Part shown: piece by piece, positions 1 through 5,421 of the stretch
Numbering within the stretch: position 1 is the stretch's first letter
How the letters are laid out: the number at the start of each line of letters is the position of its first letter
Virus record (IMG/VR): IMGVR_UViG_3300030035_000037
Location: 1 to 7,152 of that record
Origin: a virus
Lineage: Duplodnaviria; Heunggongvirae; Uroviricota; Caudoviricetes
DNA length: 7,152 nt
Reading direction: 5' to 3' (one strand)
Translations under genes and position numbers: made by a program
The notes under the pieces: generated by a model
Databases searched by the model: none
What the model was told of the DNA's origin: nothing
Seen by the model: only the letters and a program-made list of their open reading frames with translations

Positions 1-80
1 AACTGCAGGAACCAGTAGCCCGTTCCCACCGCTGACGTGGTGTATGACACACCTGTTGTGATTTTTTCCATCTGGTACAT
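1..80 (-). CDS. S: Class II holin (S21-like pinholin), N-terminal 26 codons only; gene continues beyond the window start
   Basis: Minus-strand translation from ATG (rc of 78-80) gives MYQMEKITTGVSYTTSAVGTGYWFLQ, closely resembling the recalled N-terminus of phage 21 S holin; dual-start Met1/Met4 as in holin/antiholin pairs; GGGAGA Shine-Dalgarno about 8 nt upstream. Not in the ORF track because it is truncated by the window edge. Confidence 0.7.
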   Translation of the reverse strand, partial: MYQMEKITTGVSYTTSAVGTGYWFLQ

Positions 81-155
81 ACCCCGTCTCCCGCAATCCG
101 GAAGCTCACAACAACAAGAGGGGCGTCAGCTCACACCGACAGCCCCTGCGCATGG

Positions 156-425
156 TTACATCATCATTTCGCCGTCAGGCTGAGGCTCACTGCTACCATC
201 AGGCTGAGACCCGACGCCATCTGAAACAGCACTGTCATCCGCAATGCCTTCCGGCTCCGGAACAGTCGGTGCGCCCAGCAGTTCATCCAGAATGGCATCC
301 ACTTCTGCATCAAGACGCGCCTCAAGGTTCTGCCGAAGTTGCTGTTTCAGTGCGCTTCTGACTTCTTCAGAGCGCAGGACTTCCTTCACTGCTTCAGCAG
401 TGACCAGCGATTTTATTTCTGACAT
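156..425 (-). CDS. Hypothetical small protein (89 aa) with a helical N-terminal half and a highly acidic Asp/Glu/Ser/Pro-rich tail
   Basis: ORF-track frame 156..539 begins at a TTG; the first ATG is at 425 (MSEIKSLVTAEAVKEVLRSEE...), with a weak GAGAAA Shine-Dalgarno. Sits between the esterase and the holin. No recognisable motif. Confidence 0.45.
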   Translation of the reverse strand: MSEIKSLVTAEAVKEVLRSEEVRSALKQQLRQNLEARLDAEVDAILDELLGAPTVPEPEGIADDSAVSDGVGSQPDGSSEPQPDGEMMM

Positions 426-462
426 GGTATTTTCTCGTTGAAAGGTGTTGTTAAGAAAGTTG

Positions 463-645
463 CTACGGAATGAGAGGCTCTTCGGGTTTTGTTCCGGCTG
501 ACTGACTGGCACTGATTTTCTCAGCGGCCCTTTTGTCAATCTGTCTGCGCCAGAAATCTCTCACGACTCTGTACCCACCCGAAAGAAGATACAGCACACA
601 GACCGCCGTACAGAAGTACAGCATCACCTGATGAATAAATGTCAT
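463..645 (-). CDS. Hypothetical small single-pass membrane protein (60 aa)
   Basis: ATG at 645; hydrophobic stretch FIHQVMLYFCTAVCVLYLL followed by a basic cluster RVVRDFWRRQIDKR (positive-inside); weak ribosome-binding site. Confidence 0.4.
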   Translation of the reverse strand: MTFIHQVMLYFCTAVCVLYLLSGGYRVVRDFWRRQIDKRAAEKISASQSAGTKPEEPLIP

Positions 646-663
646 AATTTCTTACCGTTATGG

Positions 664-692
664 TTGACAATGAGAATTGTTTTCATTTAAAA
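664..692 (+). promoter_or_regulatory. Candidate sigma70 promoter on the plus strand, antisense to the late operon
   Basis: Perfect -35 TTGACA at 664-669; -10-like TTTAAA/TTAAAA at 686-692 with a 16-17 nt spacer; predicted start near 698-700. Confidence 0.3.
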
Positions 693-742
693 AACCAATG
701 TACGAAAGCATCTTTTCTTTACATTCTCCATTGGGATTACCT

Positions 743-779
743 CCGCCAGCTTCCATTCCTGCCGCTGGCGGCTTTTTTT
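743..779 (+). terminator. Rho-independent terminator on the plus strand
   Basis: 8-bp GC-rich stem CCGCCAGC (743-750) / GCTGGCGG (764-771) with a 13-nt loop, followed by TTTTTTT at 772-778. On the minus strand there is no U-tract after the hairpin. Confidence 0.45.
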
Positions 780-784
780 AGCAA

Positions 785-2650
785 TTATGCGGCTGCTCCA
801 GCTTTGTTTGCTTTAACTTCCACCGTATCAATAAGTACAGGGTAGGTTTCTGCACTACCTGTAATATCCGTAATGACAAACCTGTTGAGTCCATTAGCAG
901 TATTGGCCCATTTCACCAGGTCAAACGCCTGTCCATCCACACCATCAAGCACCGGAGTAACATTAATGCTGTTACTGCCCTTAAATTTAAATGCAAGCGT
1001 ATGCCAGTCATGGTCGAATGCGCCAAACGTGCCAAGTTCTTTTTGTTGATTAACTGTATGATGGTATGCAACATTAATACTGGCTTTATCTGTCTGGACA
1101 AAGAAAGAACTCAGATGGCCTTCACCACCCTCACCCGGCCATTCCGCTATTCGCCAGTACAAACCAAAGGCATACTTGTTTCTGGTTGTCTCAAGATTGA
1201 CGTTTTCGGGGATTTTAAACCGGACAGCAATTTCCCCGCCTTTTTCCAGTAAAAGTTTTGCCTTGTCTGCAGCAATATCACAGTACATTGACCAGGATTT
1301 CGCGCTGTTATTTTTCTCAATTCGCAGAGCTTTATTGCCGCTGTCATCAACCAGTGTGCGTCTGCCATACATACCGTCCCAGCCATAAGGTTTCAGCTGA
1401 TTGTCTGTAGCTTTTTTGGCATCGTAAAAAATTACAGACTCTGAGGTGGTAACCGGCCTGTCTGGAACAACCACCCCGGCAGTACCATTAACAAACGCAG
1501 AAGACTTACCCGCGCAGCTCAGAATCGCCGTTGCCAGACGGTCGGAAATAATCCCACGGCGAGCCCATGAACTGAAATGGCTCGCCCTGTCCTGTGACGT
1601 CCAGGTGGCTGAGCTGTCACGCCATTTCGAACCGTAATAACCGATACCCGGAATGTCCGGGTCTTCTTCCGGTTTGTTCGTCGGCACATTCACCCCGTTC
1701 TCATCGGTCATGAACGGTACGAAATGGATATTCTTTTCCGTTTTATTTTTATAGCTGCCGTACACCGTCTGGTACGTGGATTCGTTCTTCTGCTTCCAGA
1801 AATACGTCGTGTCCCCGCATATCCAGGGAACACCGCCAGCAGAGCCACCGACGCACTGGCCTGCCATATCCGCCAGGTCTGCACGGAATTTATCAACCAG
1901 CGCACCAAACTGTGCGGCATGATTTGCCGGCGTACCGCCAAAATCAAATTCCCCCTGCATCCACACCACGGCAAACAGCACATTTTTCGGGTTCTTCTCC
2001 AGTGCCGCTTTTGTTCGACCGATAAGGTCCTTATACAGCGGCTTGTCCACACCCCAGCGGGTTGAATTCTCCGAGGCACCACTCGCGTCACTGTATGTGC
2101 CATCAGCTCCGGTGGTGAACGCTGAACCACCACGACAGCACGGAACCAGCAGAATGCCCGCATTCGCCGGTATAAACGGCAGCAGTTTTTTGGCGATATG
2201 CAGCCCCTGCCCCACGGTTCCGTACTGCCCCTTTGACAGGTCCGCTTTCGGATGGTTAAGACGGCTCATGTCCTGCACATCATGCAGACAATGGTCCGCC
2301 GGAATGATGTCGTTATATTTGCATGCTGCACCGCCCGGTGTCACCGTACTGCGACGCGCCAGTTGCTTAATACGCGGGTCCGGACGGTCATATGTCCCCG
2401 GCAGCGGAAGGCCTTCACCATACGACATGCCGTTTGACTGCCCTGCCAGAACCACAACAAAGTAATACTCCGGGTCGCTGGTGGCGCTGATTACTGCACC
2501 TTCTGCTGCAATCGCCTGCATCAGAGTATAAGGGGTTATGGCCACCGGACTACCAAACGGCTGCCAGCCCTCTTTCAGTTTATGTGTCAGCTTTTCCGCA
2601 AGATCTGACGGCGACGCCGCCCTGACAACATCATAGTGTTTAAATGCCAT
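785..2650 (-). CDS. nanS-p: Prophage-encoded sialate 9-O-acetylesterase (NanS-p type; N-terminal DUF1737-like region, SGNH/SASA esterase core, C-terminal carbohydrate-binding region)
   Basis: 621-626 aa ORF; GQSNGMSYGEG motif typical of SASA/SGNH esterases; conserved position downstream of the toxin/moron site and upstream of lysis genes in Stx-type phages. ORF-track start is 2665 (MVERTM...); ATG at 2650 (MAFKHYDVV...) is preferred because GGA lies 7 nt upstream. Confidence 0.88.
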   Translation of the reverse strand: MAFKHYDVVRAASPSDLAEKLTHKLKEGWQPFGSPVAITPYTLMQAIAAEGAVISATSDPEYYFVVVLAGQSNGMSYGEGLPLPGTYDRPDPRIKQLARRSTVTPGGAACKYNDIIPADHCLHDVQDMSRLNHPKADLSKGQYGTVGQGLHIAKKLLPFIPANAGILLVPCCRGGSAFTTGADGTYSDASGASENSTRWGVDKPLYKDLIGRTKAALEKNPKNVLFAVVWMQGEFDFGGTPANHAAQFGALVDKFRADLADMAGQCVGGSAGGVPWICGDTTYFWKQKNESTYQTVYGSYKNKTEKNIHFVPFMTDENGVNVPTNKPEEDPDIPGIGYYGSKWRDSSATWTSQDRASHFSSWARRGIISDRLATAILSCAGKSSAFVNGTAGVVVPDRPVTTSESVIFYDAKKATDNQLKPYGWDGMYGRRTLVDDSGNKALRIEKNNSAKSWSMYCDIAADKAKLLLEKGGEIAVRFKIPENVNLETTRNKYAFGLYWRIAEWPGEGGEGHLSSFFVQTDKASINVAYHHTVNQQKELGTFGAFDHDWHTLAFKFKGSNSINVTPVLDGVDGQAFDLVKWANTANGLNRFVITDITGSAETYPVLIDTVEVKANKAGAAA

Positions 2651-2843
2651 GGTTCTTTCCACCATCTGAAAAATGATTCTTTAAAATACCTGACATGTAA
2701 TACAGAAAAAACACAAAACCATACCTTAAATAAAAACCTCATCATCAAGCAGATATGCATGGATAAACTACAAGACGAGATATAAACCACCCTGCATTTA
2801 AATAAACAATAAACAACATCAGAAAAATAATTCTGCTCTATGG

Positions 2844-2870
2844 TTTACATTCAAAAATATCATTTATACT
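2844..2870 (+). promoter_or_regulatory. Candidate sigma70 promoter for the plus-strand cargo ORF
   Basis: -35 TTTACA (2844-2849) and -10 TATACT (2865-2870); spacer is 15 nt, which is short, so this is a weak call. Confidence 0.3.
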
Positions 2871-2910
2871 TTTCAGAACATCACCAGCAATGCATAAACA
2901 AGGAAACCAA

Positions 2911-3246
2911 ATGAAGTGGATTGTGATTGATACAGTTATCCAGCCATCATGCGGAATATCTTTTTCAGTCATATGGAGTAAAATAAAATTAATAATCTGG
3001 TATCAATCGGATGCTTTCTTACCTCCTGAAAGTATATTTACACTGACTCACACAGGCATCATGCTCAATAACAAAGTGCTACCTGTAACCATTTACAACG
3101 TAGTACCATTCAATAAAACATTCTGGAATTTAATCAAAAACAGCCAGGAATGCCCTACAAATACAGATAACGTATTGAATGAATGCTTTAATAACCGTTG
3201 CACTCTGCAAATATGTCCTTATGGGCTAAAACAACAAAGTCCATAA
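2911..3246 (+). CDS. Orphan hypothetical protein (111 aa) in an AT-rich island, opposite strand to the phage late operon; moron/cargo gene candidate
   Basis: ATG at 2911 with AGGA 6 nt upstream (the ORF-track start at 2890 lacks a ribosome-binding site); more than 110 open codons in visibly AT-rich DNA is unlikely by chance; 6 of 13 Ile codons are the rare ATA; four Cys cluster in the C-terminal 30 residues (C-x10-C-x4-C-x4-C). No family recognised. Confidence 0.5.
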   Translation: MKWIVIDTVIQPSCGISFSVIWSKIKLIIWYQSDAFLPPESIFTLTHTGIMLNNKVLPVTIYNVVPFNKTFWNLIKNSQECPTNTDNVLNECFNNRCTLQICPYGLKQQSP

Positions 3247-3282
3247 GGAGTTTACTCACATCTGACAAAATCAATATAAACA

Positions 3283-3302
3283 GCCCCTCCGGAGAGGGGC
3301 TG
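3283..3302. terminator. Perfect 8-bp GC-rich stem-loop bounding the AT-rich island; possible terminator or mRNA 3' stabiliser for the cargo ORF
   Basis: AGCCCCTC cgga GAGGGGCT at 3283-3302, 37 nt after the cargo ORF stop; no clean U-tract on either strand. Confidence 0.35.
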
Positions 3303-3498
3303 GAGAGTGGCGCTATGTGCCATTGCATGGTGCCGGGTGCCTCCCGGTGAATTCAGTACCAGCACCTGAATCCGCGATTATCCCATATACCTACTCGCTG
3401 ATTGCCCCTCCGCACAGGGGGATTCACCATGCCAGTTTCTTTTAACAAACTCCCCGCAAACCAGACAACAGTCAACCGCCTGAATTGTGAGACATTTA

Positions 3499-3524
3499 AA
3501 AAAAAGGCCCGCAAAAGCGAGCCA
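3499..3524 (-). terminator. Rho-independent terminator of the tRNA operon (minus strand)
   Basis: Minus-strand GGCTCGC tttt GCGGGCC (3524..3507) followed by eight U (rc of A-run 3499-3506); begins 14 nt after the 3' end of the last tRNA. Confidence 0.7.
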
Positions 3525-3537
3525 GGGAAAATAAGTG

Positions 3538-3614
3538 TGGCGCGTTGTACTGGATTCGAACCAGTGACCGATTGCTTAGAAGGCAATTGCTCTGTCCGGC
3601 TGAGCTAACAACGC
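3538..3614 (-). tRNA. argO: tRNA-Arg, anticodon TCT (reads AGA)
   Basis: Manual fold of the minus strand: 7-bp perfect acceptor GCGTTGT/ACAACGC, D-arm GCTC..GAGC, anticodon loop CTTCTAA, T-loop TTCGAAT, encoded CCA. Gene symbol assigned only from the conserved ileZ-argN-argO order of Stx-type phages, recalled from memory. Confidence 0.9.
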
Positions 3615-3628
3615 AGGATACAGATAAT

Positions 3629-3704
3629 GAACCGCCTTCGGGGACCCGAACTCCGCGCAACCAGCTTCGAAGGCTGGCGCTCTTTCCTGATGAGCTAATG
3701 GCGG
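3629..3704 (-). tRNA. argN: tRNA-Arg, anticodon TCG; atypical (possibly divergent or degenerate)
   Basis: Manual fold: acceptor CCGCCAT/AAGGCGG (6 of 7 pairs), D-arm GCTC..GAGC, anticodon stem CCAGC/GCTGG with loop CTTCGAA, T-arm CGGAG-TTCGGGT-CCCCG (one A-C mismatch, G at the usually invariant A58), 3' TCA instead of encoded CCA. Exact 3' end is uncertain (3629-3631). Confidence 0.6.
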
Positions 3705-3711
3705 TATGTGA

Positions 3712-3787
3712 TGGTGGCCCTTGCTGGATTTGAACCAGCGACCTGGCGATTATGAGTCGCTCGCTCTCACCACTGAGCTAAAGGGCC
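3712..3787 (-). tRNA. ileZ: tRNA-Ile2 type, anticodon CAT (lysidine-dependent AUA decoder); a tool may call it tRNA-Met
   Basis: Manual fold: perfect acceptor GGCCCTT/AAGGGCC, anticodon loop CTCATAA, T-loop TTCAAAT, encoded CCA; overall very close to the recalled E. coli ileX sequence. Confidence 0.88.
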
Positions 3788-3796
3788 GGGAGCAGA

Positions 3797-3825
3797 ATAA
3801 TAATGGTGCGTAATTAATTCTGCAA
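3797..3825 (-). promoter_or_regulatory. Candidate sigma70 promoter for the tRNA operon
   Basis: Minus strand: -35 TTGCAG (3825..3820), 17-nt spacer, -10 TATTAT (3802..3797); predicted start 2-4 nt upstream of the mature 5' end of the first tRNA. Confidence 0.45.
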
Positions 3826-3836
3826 TCTCATCCGTT

Positions 3837-4886
3837 TCAAACGATTAAATCCTGAACTTCCCTGACTGTCTGCTCAAAACGTCCTGTCTCCAGTTCAACG
3901 CCAATCGCACGACGCCCGAGCGCCAGTGCCGCTTTTACCGTTGAACCCGACCCCATGAAAAAATCCGCAACCAGATCACCAGGACGACTGCTTGCGCTGA
4001 TTATCTGCTGCAGCATTTCTGCCGGTTTTTCGCACGGATGTTTCCCGGGATAGAACTGCACCGGTTTATGTGTCCACACATCCGTGTACGGCACCTGCGC
4101 CGTCACACCAAAATACCGCCGCAGATGTTTATATTCACTCTGCAGCTCCGCATACTGTCGGTTCAGTGAAGTATACGTATCCACCAGCTGGTGGTGGGGC
4201 TTTTCCAGTTCCCCCCGCTGATGCTTCTCTTCTGCCACCCTGGCAAACAGTGCCTGTAATTTCAGATAATCGCTTTCGTTCGGCAACTGCCACTGACTGG
4301 CACTGAACCAGTGCGACACCATGTTTTTCTTTCCTGTGGCATCTGCAATCTGTTTTGCCGTTATCCCCAGGGCCGCGCATGCATCACGAAAGTAAGAAAT
4401 CAGCGGGGCCATCACATGCTGTTTCAGTGCCCTGCCCTTCGCCTCATACCCGGCATCTTTCGGACGATACGGCCCCTGATAATGTTCCGCGAACAGAATG
4501 CGCTCTGTGGCGGGGAAATACGCCCGCAGGCTTTCCTTGTTGCACCCGTTCCAGCGTCCGGAAGGCTTCGCCCAGATAATATGGTTCAGCACACTGAAGC
4601 GTTCACGCATCATGATTTCGATATCAGATGCCAGGCGATGACCACAGAACAGGTAAAGACTTCCGGCAGGTTTCAGCACCCGCCAGAACTGCGCCAGACA
4701 CTGGTCCAGCCACTTCAGGTAATCATCGTCGCCCTTCCACTGGTTATCCCAGCCCTCAGGCTTCACTTTAAAGTACGGCGGGTCCGTGACTATCAGGTCA
4801 ACAGAATTTTCGGGTAACGACCGGATAAATTCCAGGCAGTCGGCGTTGATTAACTCACAACTGGATATTTTTACAGTATTAAGCAT
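3837..4886 (-). CDS. DNA methyltransferase, beta-class (motif IV before motif I), predicted N6-adenine specific; orphan (no cognate nuclease in window)
   Basis: 349 aa; SVDLIVTDPPY near the N-terminus (DPPY favours N6-adenine over N4-cytosine SPPY); AdoMet motif DFFMGSGST near the C-terminus; architecture of the N6_N4_Mtase family. Weak Shine-Dalgarno; a GATC overlaps the start region at 4887-4890. Confidence 0.9.
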   Translation of the reverse strand: MLNTVKISSCELINADCLEFIRSLPENSVDLIVTDPPYFKVKPEGWDNQWKGDDDYLKWLDQCLAQFWRVLKPAGSLYLFCGHRLASDIEIMMRERFSVLNHIIWAKPSGRWNGCNKESLRAYFPATERILFAEHYQGPYRPKDAGYEAKGRALKQHVMAPLISYFRDACAALGITAKQIADATGKKNMVSHWFSASQWQLPNESDYLKLQALFARVAEEKHQRGELEKPHHQLVDTYTSLNRQYAELQSEYKHLRRYFGVTAQVPYTDVWTHKPVQFYPGKHPCEKPAEMLQQIISASSRPGDLVADFFMGSGSTVKAALALGRRAIGVELETGRFEQTVREVQDLIV

Positions 4887-4980
4887 GGATCATTAAGCCT
4901 GTCTCTGATAGGCTCATTCTGCTTTTGCGCAAAGCAGTGGGCCTGAGGTTTGCTTGTGAACCCAACGCATGAGCAGATGG

Positions 4981-5007
4981 CTGGTGGGTGCCCCTAACAC
5001 CCACCAG
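4981..5007 (-). other. Perfect 10-bp GC-rich inverted repeat with 7-nt loop in the methyltransferase 5' leader
   Basis: CTGGTGGGTG ccccTaa CACCCACCAG at 4981-5007; no U-tract on either strand, so not a canonical intrinsic terminator. Confidence 0.5.
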
Positions 5008-5026
5008 CCGCCCATTTACCACAAAT
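5008..5026 (-). repeat. Second, truncated copy of the pR' -10 core (ATTTGTGGTAAAT followed directly by GGGCGG)
   Basis: Minus strand 5026..5008 ATTTGTGGTAAATGGGCGG versus pR' (5441..5411) ATCTGTGGTAAAT-TTGCTCTAACGAT-GGGCG: 12 of 13 identical then GGGCG, with the 13-nt initial transcribed segment absent. Confidence 0.55.
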
Positions 5027-5050
5027 AAAAAAGCCTTCACTGCGGAAGGC
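5021..5050 (-). terminator. Rho-independent terminator after the small winged-helix-like ORF
   Basis: Minus strand GCCTTC cgcagt GAAGGC (5050..5033) followed by TTTTTTATTTGT (5032..5021); the ORF stop codon (5037-5039) lies inside the stem. Confidence 0.6.
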
Positions 5051-5234
5051 GTCTGTAACAACCGAACTGATAGTCTGCCAGACCCGCCATAACCAGCTGG
5101 GTCAGTATTAACTGGCAGCGTTCGCGTGAAAGGTAAGTATTCTGTGCAATCTCCCCGACTGTCGCCGGTTCGGTAACGCTTAATTCATTAAACACTACTC
5201 TGGCGGTTTCTGTCATATCCTGCTGTTTTAGCAT
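5037..5234 (-). CDS. Small hypothetical protein (65 aa) with a predicted winged-helix/HTH-like segment; possible DNA-binding regulator
   Basis: ATG at 5234 preceded by AAGGGA; ORF-track version 5037..5321 starts at a GTG and is less likely. Segment TVGEIAQNTYLSRERCQLILTQLVMAGLA has the pattern of a winged-helix recognition region (PapI/FaeA- or MarR-like); weak, pattern-only assignment. Confidence 0.45.
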   Translation of the reverse strand: MLKQQDMTETARVVFNELSVTEPATVGEIAQNTYLSRERCQLILTQLVMAGLADYQFGCYRRLPQ

Positions 5235-5354
5235 GTCTTTTTCCCTTTTCCGGTTAACGTGACACACCAATAACTCTTGTCGAAAAAGCCAGCAAGCTGA
5301 AAGACAGGTATTCACCGCCACCAGCGCGTTTACTGTACTGACGCGATTTCAGTC

Positions 5355-5378
5355 ATAAAAAACCCGCCAGGCGGCGGG
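5355..5378 (-). terminator. tR'-like Rho-independent terminator downstream of pR'
   Basis: Minus strand CCCGCC gcct GGCGGG (5378..5363) followed by TTTTTTAT (5362..5355). Confidence 0.7.
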
Positions 5379-5421
5379 GTGTAAAAAATCTTCTAACGTC
5401 AGGCATAAAACGCCCATCGTT
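5355..5421 (-). ncRNA. Predicted short pR' leader transcript (about 65 nt), analogous to lambda 6S RNA / the StxS sRNA of Stx phages
   Basis: Predicted start at A 5421 (7 nt after the -10) and tR' U-tract ending near 5355; contains an A/U-rich single-stranded stretch before the terminator hairpin. Existence inferred from promoter plus terminator only. Confidence 0.5.

Noticed and set aside
152-441. Plus-strand ORFs 152..361 and 244..441
   Set aside because: Antisense to the acidic-tail ORF; Arg/Ser/Ala-rich translations typical of the reverse frame of an acidic protein.
156-539. 127-aa version of the acidic ORF
   Set aside because: Begins at a TTG and overlaps the 60-aa membrane ORF; the first ATG with any ribosome-binding site context is at 425.
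660-845. Plus-strand ORF 660..845 (61 aa)
   Set aside because: Starts upstream of the candidate promoter, reads through the hairpin and T-run terminator and into the esterase 3' end; the region is better explained as regulatory or sRNA.
913-2465. Nine ORFs of 61-151 aa on both strands inside the esterase gene (913..1101, 1001..1252, 1147..1386, 1176..1388, 1446..1637, 1708..2163, 1724..2065, 2043..2465, 2252..2437)
   Set aside because: All lie within and out of frame with, or antisense to, a 620-aa ORF that has clear esterase motifs; they are typical shadow ORFs with no ribosome-binding site context.
2587-2790. Minus-strand ORF 2587..2790 (67 aa)
   Set aside because: Overlaps the esterase N-terminus in another frame and extends into the AT-rich island; no ribosome-binding site; likely spurious.
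2651-3537. Shiga toxin stxA/stxB genes expected at this position
   Set aside because: No minus-strand ORF of suitable size (about 320 aa and 90 aa) exists here, and the interval is too short; the toxin genes are absent.
3353-3733. ORFs 3353..3586 (-), 3402..3608 (+) and 3545..3733 (+) in the tRNA region
   Set aside because: Each runs through one or more tRNA genes or the tRNA terminator. The plus-strand ORF at 3402/3429 does have a GGGGGA Shine-Dalgarno-like sequence, but it is antisense to the Arg-TCT tRNA and the terminator, so I treat it as chance.
4070-4817. ORFs overlapping the methyltransferase gene (4070..4306, 4135..4380, 4311..4817, 4355..4579)
   Set aside because: Embedded in or antisense to the methyltransferase ORF, which has both catalytic and AdoMet-binding motifs; Pro/Arg/Gly-rich translations typical of wrong-frame reading of GC-rich coding DNA.
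5037-5321. Longer 94-aa version of the small ORF
   Set aside because: Its first codon is GTG and the N-terminal extension (MAVNTCLSACWLF...) lacks a ribosome-binding site; the internal ATG at 5234 has an AAGGGA Shine-Dalgarno, so the 65-aa form is preferred.
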